Positions 9,442 to 20,717 are shown, numbered from the stretch's first letter. The stretch: DNA of 64,000 nt from an uncultured Rhodothermales bacterium (GCA_965651265.1 CBFGRV010000003.1:30472-94471), one strand, 5' to 3'. Made by a program: numbers and translations. The notes: a model not told the origin generated them from the sequence alone.

Positions 9442-11757
9442 TCACCGAACTTGAATGGCCGTCGCTACACGGGATCGCTCGCCGGCCACGATGCGCACGA
9501 AGTACATCCCGGCCGCGGACGCCTCCGGAATCCACTCGACATCGTACCGGCCCGGAGCCTTGTAGGCATCCACAAGGCGAGCGACGCGAGCCCCGCGCAC
9601 GTCATACACCTCGATACGCACGTGCTCCGGCTCCGCAACATCGTACGGAATGCGCAGGCTGGTTCGGAATGGGTTCGGATAAGGCGCACCGAGCGCGAGA
9701 TCTGCCGGCAACTCCGAGGAGTCGCCCACTGCGACACTGCATTCACCGCCCGAGAGTACTTCCTCGACCGAACTGCACCCGGGCGCATTGAAATCAATCT
9801 CGATCCCGCCGCCGACCCCTCCATCTGCGGTCAATACGTGCGTCAGCGCGCAGCTGCAATGTTGAAGAGAGGAGTTTCCGGCGACAATGAGCGATCCTCC
9901 TACTTGCTGAAGACTGCTCATTGCGTCTATCGAAGTCAGACTCGAATTGTCCCGAATAGTCAGATCGTACTCGACGACCTCAATGGCCGCCAATCCTTCC
10001 AATGAAGTCAGTTCCGGATTACCAACGATCGTAATCAATCCCGTCTGCTTGACGTCTCCATAGCTGCCCACATCTTCGAGCAGCATGTTGTTGGTAACCC
10101 TGAGATATGAGAGACTGTCCAGCCGATTGAAGTCAGGCAGGGAGCGTAGGCTTTCGTTACCTTCGAAATGCAGCCCAGCATGAGTTAGCGTTGAATCGAA
10201 TCCTTCGATTAGCTGCAGCGATTTGGTGCCGGCGATGTGGATGCCCGCAGCTTTCTCGAGCGTGGGAAATCCGAACAGATACTTCAGGTGCTCATTGGAG
10301 TTTATCGTTAGAATCCCCCCAATCTCTTTTACCGACGCAAAGCCTGAAAGAGTTGAATCCGTAGATACGTTTATTAGAACGTTATTATTAACTCGGACCA
10401 GATTTGGGAAACTATTCTGCAAGGCAGAGAGGCGGACATGTTGAAAAGTGAGATTTCCCAGGGTCGTAATCTTATCGAAAGTAGGTGCCGCTTGCAGGGC
10501 GTCCATGTCACTCCAGCTCAAACCTCCTAGCTCCGACAATCCTTCAAAGCCTGTCATGGACAGCAGGCCGGAATTGCCGGCCACGCCGATGACTCCGGAG
10601 ATCGTGTCCAGCGCGGCGGGCCCAACAAACGTATCCAGATTCGCATTTCCGCCGATCTCCAGATTGTTTCCAACATGCTCGAGGGAGACGAAACTGCTTG
10701 CAAGTCTTAGCTGCTCGTTCTGCCAGATGGAGAGCGAGCCCCCAACCTCTCGAAGTGACTCAAAGTAGCCGGTCCCCAGGGTGTCGAGATCGACCACCCC
10801 TTCGATTCTCAGATTCTCTCCGACAGTCTCGAGCCTCTCAAATTGGACATCGAGCCCCTGAAGTCCACTCAAGAACAAAGACCCTCCCACCTCACGCAGG
10901 GAATCGAATGCCGGCACGACGATGGAACCGGAGTAGATGGCGAGGCGCCCGCCAACGGTCTCGAGCTGCGGAAAGCCGTTGATAATTTCCAGGTCGTCTC
11001 CTGAAATAGATATTCCATCATCGACGACCGTCTTGAGCTTGGGGAATCCATCAATCGCAGTCAGGCCATTATCCCAGAGTAGAAGACTTTCGAGAGTCTC
11101 GATTCCCTCGAACGTGGGCAATTCCTTGAGCGAGGTATTTTGTTCGAAGGTGATTTCGTCGGCCGCGCTGAGCATCCCGAATTCCGGCAAGGTCTCGAGC
11201 TCCTCATTCTCCGTCACGAACATGGTCCCCACCTCAAGGAGATTGTCCATCCCGGACAAGGCCTTGAGCGATCCATTTCCATGGATTCCGATGAAATCTG
11301 TCGCCCTTTGAAGCCCTGTGAACGCGACCACCGAATCAAGGACCGGGTTCGTCATGATGTAGAGCGAAGCAACCGATTTGAGGTTGTCGAACCCACGAAT
11401 GCGTTCGAGCGAGTCATTATTTCGGATGTCGAGCACTACCCCCACGGAGTCCAGACTCGAGAAGCCGTCGATTTCGACAAGCCCCGTCGAGTAGATCGCC
11501 ACACTACCGGTGACGAACTGTAGCCCATCGAGTCCACTCAGGTCGGTGATGCCGTCACCCGTGATGGAAAGATGCCCATTCACGCCGGTATAGAAAAAGG
11601 CGTCGACCTCCTCCTGACTCGTCAACTCCAGGTTTCCGTTGTAGACTTGCCCGCGCACGGGCACAGCAATAATGGCTCCGAGCAGGAAAATTAGAATCGG
11701 GCACGACCACGCGCGCGGCATGGAAGTGCGAGGTCGAGACACAGTCGATCGCATCAT
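9442..11757 (-). CDS. Receptor L-domain/leucine-rich repeat protein with T9SS C-terminal sorting domain
   Basis: Many 'L.GF..L..VGG.L.I..N..L' repeats; LTSQEEVDAF N-cap, Cys C-cap, and PYPNPF...VYDVRG...AGMYFVR tail. Start uncertain (11721-11781). Confidence 0.8.
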   Translation of the reverse strand: MMRSTVSRPRTSMPRAWSCPILIFLLGAIIAVPVRGQVYNGNLELTSQEEVDAFFYTGVNGHLSITGDGITDLSGLDGLQFVTGSVAIYSTGLVEIDGFSSLDSVGVVLDIRNNDSLERIRGFDNLKSVASLYIMTNPVLDSVVAFTGLQRATDFIGIHGNGSLKALSGMDNLLEVGTMFVTENEELETLPEFGMLSAADEITFEQNTSLKELPTFEGIETLESLLLWDNGLTAIDGFPKLKTVVDDGISISGDDLEIINGFPQLETVGGRLAIYSGSIVVPAFDSLREVGGSLFLSGLQGLDVQFERLETVGENLRIEGVVDLDTLGTGYFESLREVGGSLSIWQNEQLRLASSFVSLEHVGNNLEIGGNANLDTFVGPAALDTISGVIGVAGNSGLLSMTGFEGLSELGGLSWSDMDALQAAPTFDKITTLGNLTFQHVRLSALQNSFPNLVRVNNNVLINVSTDSTLSGFASVKEIGGILTINSNEHLKYLFGFPTLEKAAGIHIAGTKSLQLIEGFDSTLTHAGLHFEGNESLRSLPDFNRLDSLSYLRVTNNMLLEDVGSYGDVKQTGLITIVGNPELTSLEGLAAIEVVEYDLTIRDNSSLTSIDAMSSLQQVGGSLIVAGNSSLQHCSCALTHVLTADGGVGGGIEIDFNAPGCSSVEEVLSGGECSVAVGDSSELPADLALGAPYPNPFRTSLRIPYDVAEPEHVRIEVYDVRGARVARLVDAYKAPGRYDVEWIPEASAAGMYFVRIVAGERSRVATAIQVR

Positions 11758-11897
11758 GGGGGGATGAACCAGGAAGAGCAACTGCTGTCGGATGGGGCGC
11801 CGACGTGCAACTCCCTATCGCTTGTTAGGGGTTGGCTTTGCGGGGGTATCGGCAGCCTCGGGCTTCTCTCAACCCCTCAAAGATGCGCAGAGCCCCT

Positions 11898-12206
11898 TCA
11901 GACGCCACCCCCCGGGATGGGGTGCTCCGCATCCGGGCCAACCACGGTGGTCCATTCGCGGACGTGCCAGCCCGTCACGATGCCGTTCCGGACGTACGGA
12001 TCGCCCTCCGCGAAGCGCTCCACCACCTCGGGCGAATCGGCGCGGAAGAGCAGCACGGCGCCGTCGGGTGGGTCGGCCAGCGCCCCGCCGAGGATAAGCT
12101 CGCCCCGTGCCACGGCGTCGCACGCGTACGCCAGATGTGCATCGCGGTACGCGACGCGCCGGTCGATGTAGTCGTCAACGACGTCGTAGAAGAGCAAATA
12201 GTGCAT
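11898..12206 (-). CDS. YciI-like protein
   Basis: MHYLLFYD...RDAHL...GGALADP...FAEGDPYV..G.VT.W.VREW pattern; ATG at 12206. Confidence 0.88.
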   Translation of the reverse strand: MHYLLFYDVVDDYIDRRVAYRDAHLAYACDAVARGELILGGALADPPDGAVLLFRADSPEVVERFAEGDPYVRNGIVTGWHVREWTTVVGPDAEHPIPGGGV

Positions 12207-12220
12207 GGCAGATGGTGATT

Positions 12221-13612
12221 TCAGACCGCGGCGCCGGTTTCCAGGTCCAGGTCGCTCGCGGCGATCCCAAGCCTGACCTCCAGCTCCTCCAGAGTGAGGT
12301 CCTTCGTCTCGGGCATCATTATCCACACGAAAAGCAGCTGTAGCACCATCATCCCCGCGAAGAAGGCGAAGATCACCCCACCGGAGAACGCATCCAGAAC
12401 GACCGGCGTGATCAGCGTGATCAGGGCGGCAAACACCCAGTGCGTCCCGGAGCCGAGCGACATCCCGTAATCACGGACGGTGTTCGGGAAGATTTCGGAG
12501 ATGAAGACCCAGATGATCGCGCCGGATCCGATCGCGTGCGAGGCAATAAATGCGCAGACGAAGGCGACCACGACGGCCCCCTCGGCACCCGAGAAGAACG
12601 CCCACGATACGCCGATCAACGACGCGATGTATCCGATGGACCCGATGAAGAGCAGGCGCCGCCGGCCGTAACGGTCGATCAGCGCGATGCCGAGCAGCGT
12701 GAAGATCAGATTCACGATGCCGAGCGGCACCGAGGCGCCCAGCACGGCGTCCGCCGCGATGCCCGCCTGCGAGAAGATCCGCGGGGCGTAATACAGGACG
12801 AAGTTGATACCCGATGCCTGATTGAAGAAGGCGACCAGGAAGGCCAGGAGGATCGGAAAACGGTAGCGGCCCGAAAAGAACGTCGAGAGCCCAACTTTGC
12901 CGCGGGAGGCAGACTGGCGAATCGCCGCGACCAGCCCATCCGCATCCTCACCAGGATTCAATCGCAGCAGAACCTCGCGCGCCGTGTCCTCATCCTTCCG
13001 GCGCGTGATCAGCCATCGTGGACTCTCCGGTACACCCATCACGAAGAGGCTGTAGAGCGCCGCGGGGATCGCCTCGACCCCCAGCATCCACCGCCAGGCG
13101 TGCTGCTCGACGGCAAGTCCGATCAGGTAGTTGGACAGATATGCGACCAGAATCCCGAAGACGATATTGAATTGATAGAGGGCGGTCAGCTTTCCGCGAT
13201 CCCCGGCCGGACTGATTTCGGACAGGTAGATCGGCACCGCGACCGACGACGCACCCACGCCCAGTCCGCCGATGAAACGCGATGCCGAGAAGATATAGGG
13301 GTCCGGCGCCAGCGCGGAGCCGACGGCGGACACGAGGTACAGGATGCCGATCCAGAACAGCGTTCGGCGCCGGCCGAACCGGTCGCTCGGGATGCCCCCA
13401 AAGAGGGCGCCGATGACCGTCCCCCACAGCGCCATCGACATGATGAACAGCCCGTGGAACAGCGGGCTCGTGTTCCATAGCGCCTGGATGGGCTGGTCCG
13501 CACCCGAGATCACGATCGTGTCGAACCCAAACAGGAAGCCGGCCAGCGCCGCGACGAACGTGCTCAGGTAGAGGGTTCTTCTGGATTGCGCTGGCAGGGG
13601 CGATTCCATCAT
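12221..13612 (-). CDS. MFS sugar porter (XylE/AraE-like)
   Basis: GFLFGFDT, DRFGRR, PESPRWL, FFNQASGINFVLYY, SEIFP and PETK motifs; about 12 TM helices. Confidence 0.95.
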   Translation of the reverse strand: MMESPLPAQSRRTLYLSTFVAALAGFLFGFDTIVISGADQPIQALWNTSPLFHGLFIMSMALWGTVIGALFGGIPSDRFGRRRTLFWIGILYLVSAVGSALAPDPYIFSASRFIGGLGVGASSVAVPIYLSEISPAGDRGKLTALYQFNIVFGILVAYLSNYLIGLAVEQHAWRWMLGVEAIPAALYSLFVMGVPESPRWLITRRKDEDTAREVLLRLNPGEDADGLVAAIRQSASRGKVGLSTFFSGRYRFPILLAFLVAFFNQASGINFVLYYAPRIFSQAGIAADAVLGASVPLGIVNLIFTLLGIALIDRYGRRRLLFIGSIGYIASLIGVSWAFFSGAEGAVVVAFVCAFIASHAIGSGAIIWVFISEIFPNTVRDYGMSLGSGTHWVFAALITLITPVVLDAFSGGVIFAFFAGMMVLQLLFVWIMMPETKDLTLEELEVRLGIAASDLDLETGAAV

Positions 13613-13853
13613 CGATCTGGGATGGCACCTTCAGAGACGAAGACGTGCGAGCTCGAAGGCCGCGCGGATCGGGCAAGCTAAGAAAAACGAAGACCCCGTT
13701 CTTCCCCAGATCGTTACCATCGCTCTCATCTTGCCAGTCTGATGCGGAGCCCGCGAGTCAAAGCAATCTGCTACCATATGCCCGGTGTGATCTGTTACCG
13801 ATCTGCCCGGTCTATACCCCTGGAACCAGCAACAAGTAAATATTAACCTAGGG

Positions 13854-15935
13854 ATGAGCCACGACCACGGACACCACCATCACACTCCAGACCATGGGGG
13901 GCACGGTGACCATGGTGCGCACATGGAACACGATGCGCACGACGGCGGCCATGTGCACTCGGGACACGATGCCCACGCCGGACATTCCCCCGGTATGTTC
14001 CGTGACAAATTCTGGCTGTCTCTCGCGCTGACTCTCCCCGTCGTGTTCTGGTCCGAGCACGTGCAGATGCTGCTCGGCTACGAGGCTCCTTCCTTCCCCG
14101 GTTCGAGGTGGATAGGGCCTGTTCTCGGGACCGTCATCTTCTTTTACGGTGGATGGGTGTTCATCAAGGGCGCGGTCGACGAGCTGCGGGCCCGCCTGCC
14201 CGGAATGATGACGCTCATCGCGCTCGCCATCACCGTCGCCTTCCTCTTCTCGTGGATCGTCGAGGTCGGATGGCTGGAAGCGGATCCGCTCTGGTGGGAG
14301 CTGGCCACGCTCGTCACGATTATGCTGCTGGGCCACTGGATCGAGATGCGTTCGGTCTCGCAGGCGCAGGGTGCGCTGCAGGAACTCGCGAAGCTGCTGC
14401 CGGACACCGCCGTTCGCATCGGCGATTCCGGGGAAGAGGAAGTCCCCGTTTCGGAGCTGAGAAGCGGCGATGTGGTCCTCGTCCGACCGGGGGCGAGCGT
14501 GCCGGCCGATGGAATCGTGCAGAGCGGATCGAGCGAATTGAACGAGGCGATGATCACGGGGGAATCGCGCCCCGTGAAGAAAGCCGAGGGCGATGCGGTG
14601 ATCGCCGGAACGATCAACGGCGCAGGGGCGCTCTACGTGGAGGTGACCGGCACGGGGGACGACACGAAGCTCTCCGGCATCATGCGCCTCGTGGCCGAGG
14701 CGCAGCACTCGAAATCGCGAGCGCAGCACCTGGCGGATCGGGCGGCTCAGCTCCTGACAGGCGTGGCGTTGCTCGCCGGCGTGCTGACGCTCGTCGTGTG
14801 GCAACTCCTCGGTGCGCCCATTGACTTCTCGATCGTGCGCGTCGTCACCGTCCTCGTGATCGCTTGCCCGCACGCGTTGGGATTGGCCGTGCCTCTCGTC
14901 GTGGCGATATCGACGACGCTGGGTGCGCGCGGCGGCCTCCTCGTTCGCGATCGGCGCGGACTCGAAGAGGCGCGCCATCTCGATGTGGTTGTCTTCGACA
15001 AGACGGGTACGCTGACCCTCGGCGAGCACCGTGTGGTCGCGATGGCCGTAGCCGATGGTCTGTCGGAGGATGAAGCCCTTCGCATCGCTGCCGCCGTCGA
15101 GCGCGACTCCGAACATCCGATCGCCCGCGCCATCGTGCAGTCTGCCCTGGACCGCTCGATTGAGATTCCACCGGCGACGCAGTTTCGCGCGGTACCCGGC
15201 AAGGGCGTGGCGGCCACGGTCGACGGCACTGAATACCGTGTGGGTGGGCCAGCGCTCGTCCGGGATGGAGGAGCGGACATCCCCCCGACACTTCGTGATG
15301 CCGCAGATCGTGCTGCGGATCAGGGCCGGGCCTCCGTTTACCTGCTCGAGAACGGCCGCGCGCTGGCCGCCTTCATCGTGGCTGACGCCGTGAGGCCGGA
15401 AAGCCGCGAAGCCATTCGCGCCCTTCACGATCTGGGCATCGAGGTGGCCATGCTAACCGGCGACTCACGGGCCGTGGCGGAATCCGTCGCGCGGGAGCTC
15501 GGCATCGACACGGTGTTCGCCGAGGTCCTACCCGAGGAGAAGGCGTCAAAGGTGAAGGAGCTTCAGGCGGAGGGCAAGCGGGTAGCGATGGTCGGCGACG
15601 GGGTGAATGATGCGCCGGCTCTGGCAACGGCGGATGTCGGCATCGCGATTGGCGCGGGCACGGACGTCGCCGTTGAAGCGGGGGACATCGTGCTCGTACG
15701 CTCCGACCCGCGGGACATCCCGAGGATCGTCGCGCTGTCGGCCGCCACCTATCGCAAGATGGTGCAGAATCTCTGGTGGGCGGCCGGATACAACATCGTG
15801 GCCATCCCGCTGGCCGCGGGCGTCCTGGCTGCCTGGGGGATCCTGCTCACACCGGCCGTCGGCGCCGTGCTCATGTCGCTCAGCACCGTGATCGTGGCCA
15901 TCAACGCGCAGCTGCTTCGCCGGGAGAGAATTTAG
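13854..15935 (+). CDS. copB: Heavy-metal P1B-type ATPase, CopB-like (P1B-3, copper)
   Basis: His-rich N-terminus; TGES, CPHALGLA, DKTGTLT, SEHP, GDGVNDAP, GYN and MSLST motifs. Confidence 0.9.
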   Translation: MSHDHGHHHHTPDHGGHGDHGAHMEHDAHDGGHVHSGHDAHAGHSPGMFRDKFWLSLALTLPVVFWSEHVQMLLGYEAPSFPGSRWIGPVLGTVIFFYGGWVFIKGAVDELRARLPGMMTLIALAITVAFLFSWIVEVGWLEADPLWWELATLVTIMLLGHWIEMRSVSQAQGALQELAKLLPDTAVRIGDSGEEEVPVSELRSGDVVLVRPGASVPADGIVQSGSSELNEAMITGESRPVKKAEGDAVIAGTINGAGALYVEVTGTGDDTKLSGIMRLVAEAQHSKSRAQHLADRAAQLLTGVALLAGVLTLVVWQLLGAPIDFSIVRVVTVLVIACPHALGLAVPLVVAISTTLGARGGLLVRDRRGLEEARHLDVVVFDKTGTLTLGEHRVVAMAVADGLSEDEALRIAAAVERDSEHPIARAIVQSALDRSIEIPPATQFRAVPGKGVAATVDGTEYRVGGPALVRDGGADIPPTLRDAADRAADQGRASVYLLENGRALAAFIVADAVRPESREAIRALHDLGIEVAMLTGDSRAVAESVARELGIDTVFAEVLPEEKASKVKELQAEGKRVAMVGDGVNDAPALATADVGIAIGAGTDVAVEAGDIVLVRSDPRDIPRIVALSAATYRKMVQNLWWAAGYNIVAIPLAAGVLAAWGILLTPAVGAVLMSLSTVIVAINAQLLRRERI

Positions 15936-16008
15936 ATCCGCTGCGCTCGCTCGGGTCGAACGCCCCTGGGGGGCTCATCCTCCCACGACCGCAGGAGAAG
16001 TGTCGAAG

Positions 16009-16085
<77 letters not shown>

Positions 16086-16374
16086 GTACGGCGTTTGGCT
16101 CGACGGCGATCCGAATGGCTCGGTCACACAGCCGTCGACTCCCGCGGAGCGACGACCCTAAACGATGCGGCGTGGAAGTTGTTCGCAAGAAGCCGCACCG
16201 CGCTCCGGCACCCTGCGCCGATCAACAGAAATTTAGCGAAGCGCGCACGCCCCTTAGACGCACAAACGGCCCGCATCCCGCGGGCCGTTTGTACCATCCT
16301 CCAATTCCTGATTCAGCGAGCGGCGTAGCCGAACCCCGCATTGGCATCTCGCTCCGAGCCTGCCACACGAGCAA

Positions 16375-16875
16375 CTAGTTGCCCCCGAGGCTGAACAAGA
16401 CACCGGCGGCGAGAGCGATGATATCGGGATCCCCGAATGTCATCTGAGCCTGTCCAAAGAGGCCGACAGTCCCCATTTCCATGCGCGCGCCGCCGATGAG
16501 ATTGATGCCGGCCTCCGTGGAACTGCTGTTGAAGTCCCCGATCGGCGTGTCGATGTCGACAGAGAACCGGGTAATCCCTAATCCGGCACCCGCATAGGGG
16601 GTGAAGACTTCGTTGTCGATGCCGAATTCATAGAGGGCGTTGAGGCCCAGCTGCCAGACGGTCAGCTCGCTCTCGGTAAAGTAGTAGTCGAAAGCGGCGT
16701 TCAGAACGACCGGAAGGGACGTCCTGAAGCGTGCGTCGGCACCGACGAATAATTCCTCGATGTCACCGGCTACGTCAAAACCAACCTTGGGGCCAAGCTC
16801 GACGGTGATTCCCTGCGCTTTGGCGGCGCCGACCGAGAGCATGAGTGCGACTACGACTGCGGTTAGGTGCTTCAT
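16375..16875 (-). CDS. Small outer membrane beta-barrel protein (OmpA-like/porin family)
   Basis: Signal peptide MKHLTAVVVALMLSVGAAKAQ; amphipathic strands, TPYAGAGLG, aromatic residue near the C-terminus (GVLF). Confidence 0.8.
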   Translation of the reverse strand: MKHLTAVVVALMLSVGAAKAQGITVELGPKVGFDVAGDIEELFVGADARFRTSLPVVLNAAFDYYFTESELTVWQLGLNALYEFGIDNEVFTPYAGAGLGITRFSVDIDTPIGDFNSSSTEAGINLIGGARMEMGTVGLFGQAQMTFGDPDIIALAAGVLFSLGGN

Positions 16876-17122
16876 GAGATTGTTGCGATTGATTGGAATC
16901 AGGTGATGATAGAAGCGGCCGAACACCGCCGCGGATGTCGAGCCATCGCCCTCTCAGGGCGGCGCGTGATGCAAGGCTCGTCCCGGCGGCATAGAATATC
17001 GAAAGCGCGGACATTCGGCAAATGCCCAACATGCGTCCACGGCGAATCTTTCACGATTATGCGGGAAAATCATGGTATACCGGACAAATCCTCTTTCCAT
17101 CGCTCATCAACACTGCGCCAAC

Positions 17123-17159
17123 AGAAAAACCGGTGACCGCGGACGGCCACCGGTTTCTT
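17123..17159 (-). terminator. Rho-independent terminator-like hairpin, possibly bidirectional
   Basis: AAACCGGTG...CACCGGTTT stem with A/T runs on both sides, downstream of the 17224..17598 gene. Confidence 0.65.
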
Positions 17160-17223
17160 GGTAGGAGCTGCGATGTCCCCAGGGAGAGCCTCCCGGCTTG
17201 CCCTGGGAATCGCAAGCCAGGAG

Positions 17224-17598
17224 TCAAAAACGCGGATTCGTTTCAGGCTTCGGCCAGTTGGATCCGTCACTCTGGTGCACGGTTGACCGGGCCGACGTTG
17301 TTCGCGTTTCCGGATGCTGCGCGCGCTCGACACCGGGTCGACCGGGCGCCTCCTGCATCCTGCGGCGGTCACGATTGGCCGCCATCCCCTGTTTGTGAGC
17401 GATGCGGTCGATCAGCCGCCCAAGGCGCTGATTCGACATGCGGGTCGCCACTATTCCGACTCCGATCGCCGCCAGCAAGCCGGCTGCGCCGATCAGGCCG
17501 CTCCTGCTCCTCATGGGTCGGCGAAAGTAGGTTGGCGCATAGCTGCCCAACCTGTCGCCGATGCCATAACGAAGTCCCTGGACTCTATCGCGCATCAT
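17224..17598 (-). CDS. Hypothetical small single-TM, Arg-rich protein
   Basis: Strong RBS (GAGGAGG) just upstream of the ATG; one hydrophobic segment GLIGAAGLLAAIGVGIVA; followed by hairpins. Confidence 0.6.
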   Translation of the reverse strand: MMRDRVQGLRYGIGDRLGSYAPTYFRRPMRSRSGLIGAAGLLAAIGVGIVATRMSNQRLGRLIDRIAHKQGMAANRDRRRMQEAPGRPGVERAQHPETRTTSARSTVHQSDGSNWPKPETNPRF

Positions 17599-17815
17599 GA
17601 TTCATCCTCCTCACTGTCCGGTACATCGTTCACTCATGCCCTGTTAATATGCGGCATGCGCCCCGTAGATCATGACCAGGTTGTGACGTATCGCGCCATA
17701 ATTGTAACGGCACGGTGACGGCGCGCTCACGCGGACTTATCTCTCGAGTCCGGCTGTGGGATAGGGAGCGACCGGGTCGTGCGTGTGACCGCAGAACTAC
17801 GATGTGATTACGCCA

Positions 17816-18634
17816 TCAGCCATCGCCAATCGGGAATCCATCCAGGGCATCGAGAAAGTAGAAATGATGGGTCGGGCCATGCCCCTGTCCGATGTTCAGC
17901 CCATGCCGGATGGCGTCGGTAACGTAGCGCTTCGCCCGCGCGATGGATCCGCGCAGTGAGAAGCCGCGCGCCAGGTTGGCCGCGACGGCAGAGGCAAACG
18001 TGCACCCCGTTCCGTGCGTGTTCTTCGTCGCGATGCGGCGTGCGGTGAAGGTATGGATGTGTTGGCCGTCGAAGAGCACATCCACGGACTCGTCGTCCTC
18101 CTCGATGTGGCCGCCTTTCACGAGCACCGCCTTCGCCCCCATGGCGTGAATCGCCCTCGCGGCCTCCTCGGCTCGCTCACGAGACGTCACCTCGATCCCC
18201 GTAAGGTGCCGCGCCTCGTGCGCATTCGGCGTCACTACCGTCGCCAGCGGCAGCAAACGCCGTTTCAAGGTCTCGACGGCATCCTCCTTGAGCAGGTGGT
18301 AGCCGCTCTTCGAGACCATCACCGGATCCATCACATACGGAAAAGCCGCGCGCTCCTCGATCTTTCGAGCCACGAGCTCGATGATCTCTGCCGAGGACAA
18401 CATCCCCGTCTTCGTAGCTGCGATGGGGATATCATCGAACACGGCATCGATCTGAGCTTCGATGATGTGCAACGGCAGCTCCAGCGCATCCGTGACGGCC
18501 ACCGTGTTCTGCGCCGTGATGGCCGTGATCACGCTGGCCGCAAACACACCATTGGCCTGCATCGACTTGATGTCGGCCTGGATTCCGGCGCCGCCGCCCG
18601 AGTCGCTGCCCGCTATGGTGAGTGCCACCTTCAT
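17816..18634 (-). CDS. thiD: Hydroxymethylpyrimidine/phosphomethylpyrimidine kinase
   Basis: [36 protein letters not shown] and NTHGTGCT. Confidence 0.97.
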   Translation of the reverse strand: MKVALTIAGSDSGGGAGIQADIKSMQANGVFAASVITAITAQNTVAVTDALELPLHIIEAQIDAVFDDIPIAATKTGMLSSAEIIELVARKIEERAAFPYVMDPVMVSKSGYHLLKEDAVETLKRRLLPLATVVTPNAHEARHLTGIEVTSRERAEEAARAIHAMGAKAVLVKGGHIEEDDESVDVLFDGQHIHTFTARRIATKNTHGTGCTFASAVAANLARGFSLRGSIARAKRYVTDAIRHGLNIGQGHGPTHHFYFLDALDGFPIGDG

Positions 18635-18677
18635 CTAGATGATTCCTTTGAGCATAGTGCAACGTCGAGCCTGGCCC

Positions 18678-19301
18678 TCACAGCTCGGCGAGAAAATCGA
18701 TGGCAGCCTGCTCGGGGTCATCCTTCTGGAGGATGCCGGAGAGTACACCCACGCCGTACGCTCCGGCCTCGAGGCAAAGCGGCACGCGGTCGGGCGTAAT
18801 GCCGCCGACGGCAAACACGGGTACATCCTGAACACGCTCCGTGAAAGTCCGCAATTCGCCGAGGCCGACGCCTACGTGTCCCGGCTTGCTGGGAGAGGCA
18901 AAGATGGGGCTGAAGAAGACGTAGTCGGCGCCGTCGCGGATGGCCTGCTGCGCCTCCGTCACGTAGTGCGCCGAGAAGCCGATGACTGCGTCGATGGGCA
19001 GCCGTTTCCGAGCGGTCTCGACGCTATCGCCGCGCGACCCGACGTGATAATGAACGCCGAGCTTCTCGGCCACCGCCAGGCGCCCGTTGATGGAGATCAT
19101 CGTGCCGGGCGAGAGCATCCTGATGCGCTCGACGAGCTCTTCGGCGCTGCTCCGGAACGCGGCCGCGTCAGCGTCGTGGTCGCGCAGATGAATCCAGGGC
19201 ACTTCCTCGGCCACCTTTAGAATGGCATCCCAGACGGCACGGTCCGTGAACCGATCACCAATCAGGATGAGCCGCGGCAGACTCACATTCGATTCTCGCA
19301 T
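18678..19301 (-). CDS. thiE: Thiamine phosphate synthase (ThiE/TenI family)
   Basis: GFSAH, ADYVFFSPIF.S.SK, PVFAVGGIT and GAYGV; thi operon context. Could instead be the TenI-like paralog. Confidence 0.8.
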   Translation of the reverse strand: MRESNVSLPRLILIGDRFTDRAVWDAILKVAEEVPWIHLRDHDADAAAFRSSAEELVERIRMLSPGTMISINGRLAVAEKLGVHYHVGSRGDSVETARKRLPIDAVIGFSAHYVTEAQQAIRDGADYVFFSPIFASPSKPGHVGVGLGELRTFTERVQDVPVFAVGGITPDRVPLCLEAGAYGVGVLSGILQKDDPEQAAIDFLAEL

Positions 19302-19571
19302 GCGTGAAGTTCGATCCAGGTGGGCGTCCGCGAGGCCTCCTCGGGCGCCAGATTTGGGTCGTTCGGCGGACAAAGTAAACACAGCGCGCGATTTCTGCCT
19401 GCAGCGTTGCTAGTTGCGGATTGCTGTTGGTTGCAGAGCGAGAATTGGCGAAATCCAGGACAGATGGACAAACATCATCCATTCGTTCTGGACAAATGGC
19501 GAATGGGCATTCCGGATGACGGCCCCCACGTGAGGCGGCTCCTGAGGTAGGGGAGCTCGCCGGACATGCCC

Positions 19572-20384
19572 TTATTGCCCCAACGCGACGCGGCGCTCGG
19601 TTGGCGAGGAAGCCTGCGCGTAGGTCCGGCGCGGCATCCGCCCGGCGAGATAGGCCAGACGCCCCGCCTCGATCGCGTGCCGCATCGCGGCGGCCATCAT
19701 GACGGGATGCTGTGCATCCGATACGGCCGTGTTCAGCAAAACACCGTCGTAGCCCAGCTCCATCGCCTGTGCGGCGTCGCTCGCGGTCCCGATGCCGGCA
19801 TCCACGATCAGCGGTGTGTCCTGGATCAACTCACGGATGAGCTGCAGATTGTATGGATTGACGAGCCCCTGACCGCTGCCAATGGGCGATGCGAGCGGCA
19901 TCACGGCCCGACATCCCAGATCCGCCAGCTTCCGACACGTGATGGGGTCGTCATTACAGTAGGCCAGCACGTCGAAGCCGTCATCGACGAGCTGCCGGGC
20001 GGCACGCAGCAGCTGCTCCACGTCGGGAAGCAGCGTCTCGTCGTCCCCGATGACCTCCAGCTTGATGAGATCGGTCTCGAGCGCCTCGCGTGCAAGCTGT
20101 GCCACGAGCACGGCCTCCTTCGCCGTGTAGCATCCGGCCGTGTTGGGAAGCAGGCGGTAGCCGCGGCTCAAAAGCAGGTCCAGGAAGCTTTCCTCCGAGG
20201 TGTCGCGCAAGTTTACACGCCGTATCGCCACCGTCACCAGCTCGGTTCCCGTCGCCTCCAGCGCATCCAGCATCAACTGCGGATTCGGATAGCCGCTCGT
20301 GCCCATCAATAGCCTGCTCGAAATCGTCATCGAACCGAGCCGGAGCACATCCGCGTGACCGTTCGTGACCACCTGATCGCTCAT
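19572..20384 (-). CDS. thiG: Thiazole synthase
   Basis: [33 protein letters not shown] and LLNTAV; RBS GGAGGGG before the ATG at 20384. Confidence 0.97.
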   Translation of the reverse strand: MSDQVVTNGHADVLRLGSMTISSRLLMGTSGYPNPQLMLDALEATGTELVTVAIRRVNLRDTSEESFLDLLLSRGYRLLPNTAGCYTAKEAVLVAQLAREALETDLIKLEVIGDDETLLPDVEQLLRAARQLVDDGFDVLAYCNDDPITCRKLADLGCRAVMPLASPIGSGQGLVNPYNLQLIRELIQDTPLIVDAGIGTASDAAQAMELGYDGVLLNTAVSDAQHPVMMAAAMRHAIEAGRLAYLAGRMPRRTYAQASSPTERRVALGQ

Positions 20385-20427
20385 GACTTCCCCTCCTATG
20401 GCAGCATCGGCATCGACATCCACCTCA

Positions 20428-20658
20428 TCATCCTCCCTGGAGCGCCGTGATGACCTCGATACGGTCTGATGGACCGAGCTCGGACGTGGACCACCGACCC
20501 TTCAGCACCACTTCGTCGTTCACGGCAACGGCAATGCCTTTCGGATTCAGGGGATCGAAGCCCATCTCTCGCAGCAATTCAGCGATCGTCGTTCCGGACG
20601 CAATCGCGCGCTGCTCGCCGTTTAGCGTAACCTGTATCTCCGTCGTAATCTCGCTCAT
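20428..20658 (-). CDS. thiS: Sulfur carrier protein ThiS
   Basis: LNGE...[10 protein letters not shown]...[12 protein letters not shown] with C-terminal GG; lies between thiO and thiG. Confidence 0.93.
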   Translation of the reverse strand: MSEITTEIQVTLNGEQRAIASGTTIAELLREMGFDPLNPKGIAVAVNDEVVLKGRWSTSELGPSDRIEVITALQGG

Positions 20659-20717
20659 GACTTCAGCCTGACTAATGCTCTCGAGAAACGGAATCTGGAG
20701 GGGGAGGTTTCGACGCC

